From Scyliorhinus canicula (taxonomy: Eukaryota), in NCBI RefSeq assembly GCF_902713615.1, contig NC_052151.1, positions 83,813,073 to 83,877,072 of the forward strand: DNA of 64,000 nucleotides. Reading direction: 5' to 3'. Below, piece after piece: positions 52,030 through 63,232 of the stretch. Position 1 is the first letter of the stretch; every line of letters starts with the position of its first letter. The translations under genes were made by a program, and so were the position numbers. Under the pieces are notes generated by a model. The model ran no database searches. It saw nothing but the letters and a program-made list of their open reading frames with translations, and was not told the origin of the DNA.

Positions 52030-52591
52030 TGAGTCACGAACTCTGGAAGTATGGACATAAGTAGTTTCACTTCCTATTAAGTTCCTGTTAAATCATCTGA
52101 AGAGTTTCAAATGGTTAGATCTTTGGGTAAGAATCAGGAGTTGCTTCTGCTCTTGCGGGTTCTTTTTCTCGCTCTATATATATATATATATTTTTTTTTT
52201 CAATGAGTAACCACAACAAATCTGATTGTATATTTTAAATACGCCACCCCCTATAGCCGTTTTCCAAATATAAATTATTTGTAACAATTCCGGAGTGACA
52301 GACATTTCCTTTGAGTGCCAATGACCACATCAAGAGAATTGGCCAAGAGAAATTAATGAGCAAGCGCTCAATGACTCACATATGAGAGCTGACTAACCAC
52401 AATTGTGAGAATGATATGCCGATTTCCTCCCTCCCAGAAATCAATATTTTTGGTTTTGGCTACTTGTGATTTTTCCTTCTCCTTTACTCCCATGTGATGT
52501 GCTTCTTCTACTCTCACTTCCATTGGAATTAATTACCTTTCATTGACATTCAATATCAACTTGAAAATGTAGACAGTCCCCAGCGTGTGGT
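52030..52591. promoter_or_regulatory. Candidate enhancer: AP-1, RUNX and ETS-IRF motif cluster
   Basis: TGAGTCA 52030, TTTCACTTCC (GGAAGTGAAA) 52065, TGAGTAACCACA 52204, GACCACA 52323, TGACTCA 52372, TGACTAACCACA 52390, TGTGGT 52586, in non-repeat sequence. Confidence 0.4.
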
Positions 52592-53029
52592 CATGAATTC
52601 CCTTTTTTATTTGGTGGATAAGGGTGGTGAAGGTTGGGGGATGTGGATGGAGGTGAAGGGAGAGATAGCAATACCAGCTTATTTAAACAGATATTAAACC
52701 AATTACAAAGAAAAAAAATCAACAGTGGGACATTTTAAGGAGCACTATTCATTGGGGGCTCTTGCAAATACATTAACATCAAGACATTCCATGGGTAATT
52801 CAAAAATAATAAAGTCTCTTAAATATATATAACCCATTCATTTGTTTTTTGTAATGTAGTCATTAGTGAATGCTATTGTCCAAGAAGACTCAAATCCGTG
52901 ATAAAAACTTGTGCAAATTTACTGAAGAAGAGAATACTGTCTCACTGTCTAATTATTGTAGCACAACTAATATCCTAGATTATTTTAAAATCAATTAGAA
53001 TGAGGTACATGATAAATTAAAGGGACGCA

Positions 53030-53430
53030 GGCTAGCAAATACCCTGAGGCAGATGTAATATTTTCTAGGGTGCTGAAGAAAATGAGGGAAGAAAATTTGC
53101 ATCACTGACGACAGCTATAAAAGAATCATGGAACAGTGCTAAATCATTCCAGGAAGCCTCTATTTAAAATCAAAAAGGAGGATAAATAGATTGAAATATT
53201 TTGAGGGGAAAAGATGCATGCCAAGAGAGAGTTGCAGTAGATGTACATTATAGTGACTTCTAGAAATGATAAAATGCTGCACTGGATGTTAGTTGGAAAA
53301 GTTAGGACATATGCAGAATAGTAAAGGGGATGGTATGAAGAGGGATTGCTAAAAATCAGCTTCTCGTAAATAGATGTTTCTTGGGGCCCCTAGTTTCTTG
53401 GACTGGCACGTGATGGGGTCCTACAGATAG
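53030..53430 (+). mobile_element. Highly decayed CR1 RT remnant
   Basis: Residual TCTAGGGTGCTGAAGAAA (RVLK), GTAGATGTACATTATAGTGACTT (VDV.Y.DF), GGGGTCCTACAG (GV.Q). Confidence 0.45.
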
Positions 53431-55149
53431 AAAAGTCTGATTCAAGAAGTCATTAGATGGATCTGCAAAATTGAGGCATTGCATTATTTGAAAGGTAATA
53501 ATAAATCATTCCTTGGTAATAAATAGTCGGAAGCCTCCTGGGACTTGTCTGATTGCTTCTGAAGGGTTGGAGAGGATTTTTTGCAGAGGGTTGCTAAATT
53601 TGCGCAATGTCTTTTTTTACCATCTCAAGAGGTGAGCAGAAGATGCGACCAGTCGGTAGATTGATTAGCATTTATATGCTTGATGTCCTTTTGTGCCCTA
53701 ATACATAAATGTATAAAGCTCCTCATATGGGTCAAAATTCAATTGCAACAAGGAGAGCGGCTTCCTGTCCTAAAGTTTCAATGTGTGTTCCGATGTACTT
53801 GACCTAGACATCCATTAGCATATTAGCTTAACAGCAGGTAAAGATTGACCTTCAGTTGTTTTTATACAGCAATACCTTAAAAGAAAGCGCCAGCATGGAT
53901 TAAGAAGACAAGAACCCCAGTTGACAGTTCTCCTTCGCACCAGTTGAAAATGTTACAAATAGGGTGAATATTGGAACTGACGATTTTTGTGGGTTTTTGG
54001 AAAGTCTGCTACAAGGTTTCATATGTAGGTCTTTTAATGAAGCTAATAAATTAATTAAACACGGGAATCCATGGGATTGAATAAGTAAAAAAGGCTTTCA
54101 TTTATATATGCATTTTTATAATGATCTTCATGATCGTAGGACATCTTGAGCGCATAAAGTACATTTGAAGGTTAGTCATTATTGTATTGTCGATAAATTG
54201 TACATAGCTTGGTCCCACAAACAACAAACGCTGTGATAATGATTAGATAATAATTGTGATATGTAACTGCAGTACAGAAAAGAGACAGACAATGTGCAGC
54301 ACATGAATTCAAAGCATCCAACTGAAAACTAGTTTATTCCAGTTTGACTATATCCACACACATACACAGGTGGCCACAAAAAGGTCCTATCAAACAGCAA
54401 GCATTGTGATAATGACGAGATAATCTGTTTCAGTGCTGTTGGTTGAGGGAGTGATACCGTATAATCTTCTGCACCACCAGAGGACAAATGAAGCCTCAGT
54501 TTAATATCCCATCCAAACAAACAATTCTGGAGGGGGAGGGTGAACAGCCAGTGGTCATGGTATACATCGGTAGAAACGGCATAGGTAAAAAAAAGGCATG
54601 AGGTCCAAAAAGCAGAATACAGGCAGCTAGGAAGGAAGTTAAGAAATCGGACCTCAAAGGTAGTGATCTCAGGATTACTACCAGTGCCACGTGCTAGTCA
54701 GAGTAGAAATGATAAGCTATATAGGATGAATACGTGGCTGAAGAGATGGTGTCAGGGGGAGGGTTTCAGATTCCTGGGGCATTGGGACCGGTTCTGGGGG
54801 AGGTGGGACCTGTACAAACTGGACGGGTTACACCTGGACAGGACTGGAACTGATGTCCTAGAGGGGCTGTTTGCTAGAGCGGTTGGGGAGGGTTTAAATT
54901 AAAATGCCAGGTGGATGGGAACCTACGCAAGGTGTCAGAGAAAGATGGAGCAAGGACAAAAGCAGGTAGAAAAGTGAATAAGAAAAGTGATAGGTGGAGA
55001 AACCAAGGGAAAAATTCAAACAGGGCAGCAGAGAAAAGTATTGGGAGCAAGACAAGCATTGTGAAAAAGACAAACTTAAAGGCTCTGTGCCTTAATGCAT
55101 GGAGCATTTGCAATAAAGTGGATAAATTAATCGCGCAGATAGATATAAT

Positions 55150-55877
55150 GGGCGCGATTCTCCCAAAACGGGAGAAATCGTAAGGCTGGCGTCAAACCCG
55201 GGCGGGTTTGACGCCAGCGCGCCCCTTCCCGACCGGGAACCGATTCTGGTCCCCGGTCGGGGCTAGCAGCCCGACGCCGCAAGCTCCGGCATCACGGGCT
55301 TAACGAATTTCGTTAAGCCCGCTTGCCGGAGTTAGCGCCGGCTGACGCGTCATATGACGTCAGCCGCGCATGCGCGGATTGGAAGACTCCAACCCGCGCA
55401 TGCGCGGATGACGTCATCGCGTATTTGCGCGAAACCCGCGCATGCGCGGGCCGGGATGCCCCTCAATCGCCCCGCGAATGGATACTGCGGGGCGGCGGAA
55501 GGAGAAATAGTGCGCGGGCATCGGGCCCGCTGCCCGCGATCGGTGCCCACCGATCGCGGGCCCATGGCACCCTTGGCACAGCCGTGGTACTGCCGTGCCA
55601 ATCGGTGCCATGGTTATAAAAAGCGAGTTGTTCCCGCCGTTTTTACGAACGGCCAGACCAGGTGTGTTTGCCGTTCGTAAAAACAGCGTAAAGGGCTGGG
55701 ACTTCGGCCCACCGAACAGCTGAGAATTGCTGCCGGCCGTAAAAAAACGGCGGCAGCGATTCGTGTTGGGAGTTGGGCGGGGGGGGGGGGGGGGAGAATA
55801 GCGGGAGGGCGGAAAAAATGTCGGGAAGGCCCTCCCGCTATTCTCCGACCCGTCGTGGGGGGCGGAGAATCGGGCCC
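55150..55877. mobile_element. Young CpG-rich PIF/Harbinger-like MITE inserted in the CR1 APE domain
   Basis: TIRs GGGCGCGATTCTCC / GGAGAATCGGGCCC; TSD AAT; host IAQIDI|NGYDIIGITETW is restored on removal. Confidence 0.9.
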
Positions 55878-57438
55878 AATGGGTATGATATAATTGGGAT
55901 TACGGAGACATGGCTGCAGAGTGAACAGGGATGGGAACTGAATGTTCCAGGGTTCTCAGTATTTAGGAAGGACAGGCATAAAAGAAAAGGTGGTGGCGTG
56001 GCACTGCTGGATAAAGAGGAAATTAACACAATAGTGAGAAAGGATATGAGCTCTGACAATGTGGAATCTGTATGGGTAGAGTTGAGAAATACCGAGGGAC
56101 AAAAAACATTAGTGGGTGTCATATATAGACCCCCAAGCTGTTCTGGTGAGGTTGGGAATGGCATTAAACAAGAAATTAGAGATGCGTGTAATAAGTGAAT
56201 ATTGGTGATCATGGGTGAATTTAATCTTCACATAGACTGGGAAAATCAAATTAGCCACAATGCCGTAGAGAAGGAATTCCTGGAGTGTATATGGGATGGT
56301 TTTCTTGACCAATATGTGGAGGAACCAACAAGAGAGCAGGCCATCTTAGACTGGGTACTGTGTAATGAGAAGGGAATCATTGCCAGTCTGGCTGTACGAG
56401 ACCCCTTGGGGATGAGCGACCATCTCATGATAGAATTTATTATCAAGATGGAGAGTGAAGTAGTTGATTCGGAGACTAGGGTGCTGATTCTTATAAAGGG
56501 AACTATGAGGATATGAGGAGTGAGTTGACCGTGATATATTGGGGAGAGTTACTTAAAGGAATGACAGTGGATAGACAATGGCAAACATTCAAGGAACGTA
56601 TGGAGGAACTACAGCAACTGTTCATTCCTGTCTGGCACAAAAGCAAAGGGGGTAAGAGGGCCAATCCATGGCTTACAAAGGAACTTCGAAATACTGTAGT
56701 ATCTGATCCAAGGAAGAAGCATACAGATTGGCCAAGAAAAATAATAGGTCTGAAGATTGGGAGCAATTTAGAATTCATCAAAGAAGGACGAAGGGATTGA
56801 TTAAGAAGGGGAAAGGTACAGTACAAAAGGAAGCTTGCAGGAACATAAAGACTGACACTAAGAGTTTCCACAGATATATGAAGAGAAAGATTGTTAAAGA
56901 GAAATGTAGGCCCACTACAGACAGAAACAGGGGAATGCATAATACGGGACAAAGAAATGGCTGAGCAATTGAAAATATACTTTGGTTCTGTCTTCACAAA
57001 TGAGGACACAAATCGGCTCCCAGAAATGTTGGAGAATGAAAGGATTAGTGAAAGGGAAGAACTGAGGGAGATCAACATTAGTAGAGAAATGGTGCTGGGA
57101 AAACTGATGGGATTGAAGGCAGATAAATCCCTGGGGCCTGAGAATCTGCATCCCAGAGTGCTTAAGGAGGTGGCTCTGGAAATAGTGGATGCATTGGTGG
57201 TCATCTTCCGGGATTCTATAGACTCTGGAACTGTCCCTGCAGATTGGAGGGTAGCTCATGTCACTCCCTTATTCAAAAAGGGAGGTAGAGAGAAAGCAGG
57301 GAATTATAGACCAGTAAGCCTAACATCGGTAGTGGGGGAATGCTTGAATCCATTATCAAGGACTTTATAGCGGAACTTTTAGAAAGCAGTGGCAGGATCA
57401 GTCAGAGTCAGCATTGATTTATCAAGGGAAAATCATGC

Positions 57439-58257
57439 TTGACAAATCTGTTAGAATTCTTTGCAGAGGTAACCAGTACAGTCAACAAGGGGGAGCCAGT
57501 CGATGTGATATATTTGGACTTTCAGAAGGCATTTGACAAAGTCCCGCATAAGAGATTATTGTGCAAGATTAAAGAGCATGGGATTGGGGGGAATGTATTG
57601 AGGTGGATAGAAAACTGGTTGGCAGAGAGGAAACAAAGAGTACGGATTAATGGGTCCTTTTCAAATTGGCAGGCAGTAACCAGTGCGGTACCACCGGGAT
57701 CGGTGTTGGGACCCCAGCTATTCACAATATATATTAATGATTTGGATCAGGGAACAAAATGTAACATCTCAAAGTTTGCAGATGATACCAAATTAGGTGG
57801 GAGGGTGAATTGTGACGAGGATGCAGGGATCCTACAGAAAGATCTGGACAGGTTGGGCGAGTGGGCAAACCAATGGCAGATGCAGTATAATTTGGATAAG
57901 TGTGAGGTTATTCACTTTGGAAGCAATAACAGGAAAGCAGATTACTACCTGAATGGTTGTAAATTGGGAGAGGGGAGTGTGCAGCGGGACCTGGGTGTCC
58001 TTGTGCACCAGTCGCTGAAGGTAAGCATGCAGGTGCAGCAGACGGTAAAGAAGTCTAATGGTATGTTGGCCTTCATTGCAAGAAGTTTCGAGTATAGAAG
58101 CAGGGATGTGTTGCTGCAATTGTACAGGGCCTTAGTGAGACCACACTTGGAGTATTGTGTGCAGTTTTGGTCTCCTTCCCTGAGGAAGGATGTTCTTGCT
58201 CCCGAGGGAGAGCAGCAAAGGTTTACCAGACTGATTCCAGGGGTGGTGGAACTGTAA
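57439..58257 (+). pseudogene. CR1 ORF2 RT fragment (272 aa)
   Basis: RT core motifs, bounded by premature stops. Confidence 0.87.
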
Positions 58258-58752
58258 TATGAGGAGAGATTGACTAGGTTGGGATTGTTCTCGCTGGAGT
58301 TCAGAAGAGTGAGGGGCAATCTCATAGAGACTTATAAAATTCTAACAGGACTAGACAGGGTAGATGCAGGGAAGATGTTACCATTGATAGCTGTGTCCAG
58401 AACCAGGGGTCACAGCCTGAGGATTCAGGGTAAACCATTTCTTCACACAGATTGGTGAGCCTGTGGAATTCATTACCACAGGAAGTAATTGATGCTAAAA
58501 CTTTGAATATATCCAAGAGGCGGCTGGATATAGCACTTGGGGAGAATGGGATCAAAGGCTATGGGGAGAAAGCAAGATTAGGCTATTGAGTTGGATGATC
58601 AGCCATGATCATGATGAATGGTGGAGCAGGTTCGAAGGGCCAAAAGGCCTCCTCCTGCTCCTATCTTCTATGTATCTATGTAAACTGTAGCAGTGACAAT
58701 ACGGCAAAGTCTCAGTATTACGTGAAAGAGTCAACTTAGGTTTTGTGCTCAA

Positions 58753-59522
58753 GGCCGTGATCTTACGGCCTCGTGGCACCAGACTCGGTGATGCGACGAG
58801 GCTGGTAAATGACATTCGTGATGCTCAGGACATCTCGCGAGATGTCGCGATCTAGATCTCTTCCCCCAAAGGGTGGGATCTAGATTTGCATATTTAAGTG
58901 TGCAGTTAAGCTCACTTAACTAGGTTTGCGCCGGAGTCTCCCAAGGTCCAGGATTGAACGCCTGTGCCTCGGAGACCTAGCTGTGGCGTCGATTAACTCT
59001 GGTCCACACAAACATGGACCAGGCATAGCAGCACCTGGGGGCAGGGAAGGGGGGGTGTTCCCAGGAGATCAGAGGCCCCCAGGTGGTTAGGCTCTGGCCC
59101 ATGATGTTACCCTTCCGAGTCACCCGAGCAGCTAGGCACTCCCAGCCTGATACCATGGCAGAGCCACATGGGTGGCTCTGCCAGGCTGGCTGAGGCACTG
59201 CCAGGGCTCAGGGGTGCCCTGTCTGTATAAGGGGGAGTTAGGGGGATTCGAGGACTCCCTAAATGGTGAGTTAGACAGTTTGCGGGGGGGGGGGGGGGGG
59301 GGGGGGGGGTCTGGAGATCGCGCTAGGGGGTTGAGAGATTGGGAAGGCATTTCCCCAATCTCCTCCTATATTGATGAGCTGAGCTGTTTGTGCAGGAAAT
59401 GAGTGTAAGTGCTGCCTCGGTGGTGCTTTCCTCGCCGAGTCCTTTTCGGCACTGCAGGAGCTGAAACATCCTGCTAAATGCGCCCAAAAGGGGCTATTTT
59501 CCTCCTCCATTAAATGGTGCCC
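58753..59522. mobile_element. PIF/Harbinger-like MITE (older subfamily)
   Basis: Degenerate TIRs, TSD CAA; similar to 43987-44792. Confidence 0.7.
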
Positions 59523-59886
59523 CAAGTCTCTGGAGCAGAACTTGAATCTACAACCATTGGCTCAACTGCAAGAGTGCCAGACAAAGGCATGGCTGACACT
59601 TACATAGATTTATAATGAGGATAATACTTAGGGCAAAGAGAGTGCTCATGGACCTGCTTGAAACTTTTTTCTTTCTGATCCGTATAAATCACTCTGATGC
59701 ATAAACTAATGGTAACTTTATTAAAATTACAGACAAACAAAATAGAAGGAGCAGCAGGGATAGCGGGGGGGCAGTTAATGATGTCCAGATGTATTGAAAT
59801 AAATTTTGTATGGGGAGGGGAATAAGAAAATTAAACTTAATATCAACAATTCTGTACTGGATAATGCTTGAATAACAAACCAGATC

Positions 59887-60205
59887 GCACGGTAGCATGG
59901 TGGTTAGCATCAATGCTTCACAGCTCCAGGGTCCCAGGTTCGATTCCCGGCTGGGTCACTGTCTGTGTGGAGTCTGCACGTCCTCCCCGTGTGTGCGTGG
60001 GTTTTCTCCGGGTGCTCCGGTTTCCTCCCACAGTCCAAAGATGTGCGGGTTAGGTGGATTGGCCATGCTAAATTGCCCGTAGTGTAAGGTTAATGGGGGG
60101 ATTGTTGGGTTACGGGTTACGTGGGTTTAAGTAGGGTGATCATTGCTCGGCACAACATCGAGGGCCGAAGGGCCTGTTCTGTGCTGTACTGTTCTATGTT
60201 CTATA
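59887..60205 (+). mobile_element. V-SINE, CR1-type tail
   Basis: Head, core and GGGCCGAAGGGCCTGTTCTGTGCTGTAC(TGTTCTA)n. Confidence 0.88.
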
Positions 60206-60249
60206 TGTAATGAAGGGAATAAGTGCAGCATGAAATTGAAAAGAAAGCC

Positions 60250-60620
60250 GGGGTAACGGTGGACTTGGTATTGCCAATGCTAAGACATTGTAGAAAATCA
60301 ACAAAATATTAAAACGCACAGCTGAGACGGAAGAGTCCTAATTGACAAGAGGTTATGCTTAGTCCTCATAACTGTAAGCAGTTTTGGTCATCGGGTATTG
60401 AAAGTAACCTGCGTGTAATATATTTGATAGTGTGCACAGAAGAGCAGCCCAAATAATTCCAGGCGTAAAGTAAATTCACTGTAAAGAAGTGATTAGATAT
60501 GCTTCGGTTGTATAGTCTGAAATTAAAAAAGGGGGAGTGATTGAGGTGTAGGTACTATCAAGTGGGATAGGTATTAAGGACATTTCTTTGCTCAAACAGC
60601 GATAAAACCGACCAGGCAGA
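60250..60620 (+). mobile_element. Highly decayed CR1 3' remnant
   Basis: GCAGTTTTGGTC (QFW), ATAATTCCAGGC (IPG) and TATAGTCTGAAA (YSL) in CR1 order. Confidence 0.4.
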
Positions 60621-61689
60621 TGGTAGAGTTTGAAGATAAGGAGGGCAGTTGGACAACTGAATGCGAACCTGGGTGAGTTACGGTTGTAGAAAGATCAGCG
60701 TCAATCTATCTTTTCGGATGTTAGGCCTTTCCTTGCGCTGTAAACAATTTGAATTCAAAAATCAGTTTACTGATCCTTTTGTCATGTGGTGGCGGGAGTC
60801 TGGAAAAATGCTTCTGCATGATGATGATCATTACTTGTTTAGATATGTGACATTGAGAGTTTGACTGTTGTATTTTGTTCTTCATATCAGCCATCCTCCG
60901 AGTGCACCTGGGAATTTATACAACCAAATATTTTGTTTTGATTCTCTTATTGCTCTGCACTCTTGTTGCTGGTATAAGCTGCAAACTCATTTGTGTCATA
61001 TCTGGAGAAAGCTCTATTTCAATGCGTTTACTGGTAATAAGGTATAAAATGCTTCAGTAGTTCTCTTATGGAGGTCTTTCAGGGAAAATGTTTGAAGCTC
61101 AACTTAAACTAAAAGTTCACGTGTGTTGTTTTATTATCCCCTTGATTGTTTTACATCACAAGCCCAGTGTTGATTAACCACTGGTAACAGTGGGACTTTT
61201 TAAATCTAAAGTTCCCTTTCTGCAAAGGTCAAGAAAGGATTTTGGAGAATTTTCACCAAATATAGTTAAGGCTGATGATTTATTTTGATTATGGGAGCAA
61301 AATAGCTGAGTCAACAGGACCCTGACAGTAAATTAAATATTCTAATTGTGCAAGTCTTGCCGGAAAATAAATCATGACCTCAACATGTTTACCTATCTGA
61401 CTTTAATTCACTCATAGATCAATATATTAGTTTGTCCTTTATGACAGTGACATGGTGAGACTACACCAAACATGATATAAAAGATGGGTTAGAGGGTGGG
61501 CAGTTGAACCAGGCACTTACAAGTAATTCAATCCCCGTTTTAAAGGCATACATTACATCACATTTCGGGGAAGCAAGTGGGGGATGGCTGTGATGGGATA
61601 GGGAAGTATAACTAAAGAAATGAAGCCTGTCATTACCTTACGGTTTCCTTTGGCTTTAAGGAGTTGGGGGTTTCCAGACATCTGACAGT

Positions 61690-62170
61690 TCCGAGGAATA
61701 CTTATCCAGCTGTACAAAATAGCCTGCACTTGACTCAGGATCATCTGACAAGCAATTGACCAAGATGTAACTGTACATTATTTAGGCTTGGTAGCCTTAA
61801 AGAGACCCAATTATGCACTTTAGTAGACAAATGGTACATTGTATAATGCTCTTGGTTTTTATAAAACAATGTGTTTCTAACTTATTGTGAGCACACCACC
61901 AAAATTAGACCCCAACAGTTATTCAATGTAAGTTGGGGCATGGGACGGATCTACTCAAGAAAGGAGGCAGAAGGAGAGACTGATTTACAGAAAAAATAAT
62001 ATTCGGAGGTAGCAGTGTAAACTTTCAAGATTAGTTTGGATATGTGGATCAAAGAAAAGGTGATGAAAGTACATGGAAATAGGGTGAGCAAATGTGATTA
62101 TGTGGCTATTTACTGTTGTGGATGGTAAATGCTAAAACGGACTGCTGGGTGAACTGCCTGTTCTCATACT
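61690..62170 (+). mobile_element. Highly decayed CR1 3' remnant
   Basis: CAGCTGTACAAA (QLYK), TTTCAAGATTAGTTTGGAT (FK..LD) and a 3'UTR-like GGACTGCTGGGTGAACTGCCTGTT. Confidence 0.4.
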
Positions 62171-62629
62171 GCACCTTCTTCATGTATTTTCTCCCGTATT
62201 TGGTGGTGCTAAGTGTTAGTGACTCACACTCGGTACACTGAACTGATGGCCTGCGATTTCTGAAAAGCTCATGGGTTTATCCTTTAAACCAATCCTCAAA
62301 GTTCAAAATCCTGACTTCACCTATGTTTAAAATCTAAAATTATGCCATCCTTTGACTAAACTGCTGCGTTAATTAGAGTCATGGGTTTGATAGATAGATA
62401 AAGCAAGGAACAGAGGTCCAGCTTATGAACTCATTGACATAATAGCTGATTTGTCATACCAGCGGCACCAAGGATTTTAAACCGTATTATTTTAGGATGG
62501 TTAACTGCCCAGATTTACTGCATTTCACGAAGAAGACTTAAAATGCTGAACAAGTAATAATTTTACTTTTGGGGATTTATCTTCACCTAAGAGCTGGGTG
62601 AATTGCTGTGCTTTTGGTGTATTTATATT

Positions 62630-63037
62630 TTTTTAATAAACATTTTATTGAGGTATTTTTGGTATAAGAACAACAATAAAATGGACAATATACATGAAAC
62701 CATAATCGTAGTGCAAAAGCCATTTACCTTTCGTACAAGTCCCACCCTTATTGACCCCCTACTCTAATCTAAACTAAACCCCTCCCCCCCCCCCCCCCCG
62801 CCCCTCCGGCCTGTTGATGATTAATTTGCCGCAAGGAAGTCAACGAACGGTTGCCACCTCCGCGTGAACTCTAACAGTGAACCTCTCGAGGCAAACTTAA
62901 TTTTCTCCATGCAGAGCAAGCTAGCCATGTCCGATAGCCAGGTCTCCGACTTCGGGGGCTTTGAGTCCCTCCATGCCAAAAGTATTATCCGTCTCTGGGC
63001 TACCAGGGAAGCAAAGGCCAAAACATCTGCCTCTTTC
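62630..63037 (-). mobile_element. L1/Tx1-clade 3' end (short 5'-truncated insertion)
   Basis: AFASLVA.RRIILLAWRDSKPPK..EKIKFA; AATAAA plus A-rich end; TSD GTGTATTT(A/G)TATT (62617-62629, 63038-63050). Confidence 0.85.
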
Positions 63038-63085
63038 GTGTATTTGTATTGTTTATTAAAAATTGTGGTTGCAATGTCATTGCAT

Positions 63086-63232
63086 AGAGCCGGTTTAGCT
63101 CAGAGGGCTAGACAGCTGGTTTGTAATGCAGAACAAGGCCAGCAGTGTGGGTTCAATTCCAAACAGGCGCCGGAATGTGGGCTTTTCATAGTCCCTTCAT
63201 ACTTGTGACAATAAAAAGATTATTATTATATA
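63086..63232 (+). mobile_element. Second tRNA-SINE family with type-B tail, internally deleted
   Basis: GCCGGTTTAGCTCAG..GGTTCAATTCC..GGCGCCGGAATGTGG..TTGTGACAATAAA. Confidence 0.75.

Larger units (their letters stand above)
54520..58681 (+). mobile_element. CR1 LINE (ORF1 esterase end plus disrupted ORF2 to the 3' end)
   Basis: VISGLLPVPRAS..DGLHL..GEGLN; GITETWLQ, GGGVAL, YRPP, SDH; NYRPVSLTS; YLDFQKAFDKVPH, GSVLGPQLF, FADDTK; 3' GGCCTCCTCCTGCTCCTATCTTCTATGTATCTATG. Confidence 0.93.
54095..59600 (-). mobile_element. Ancient Deu-domain SINE in three pieces (54095-54515, 58683-58752, 59523-59600)
   Basis: Joined reverse complement gives a tRNA-like head, ..CAGAGACTTG|AGCACAAAA.., ..GGATGGGATATTAAACTGAGGC.. 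and CCCTCAACCAACA..AAACAGATTATCT. Confidence 0.6.
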
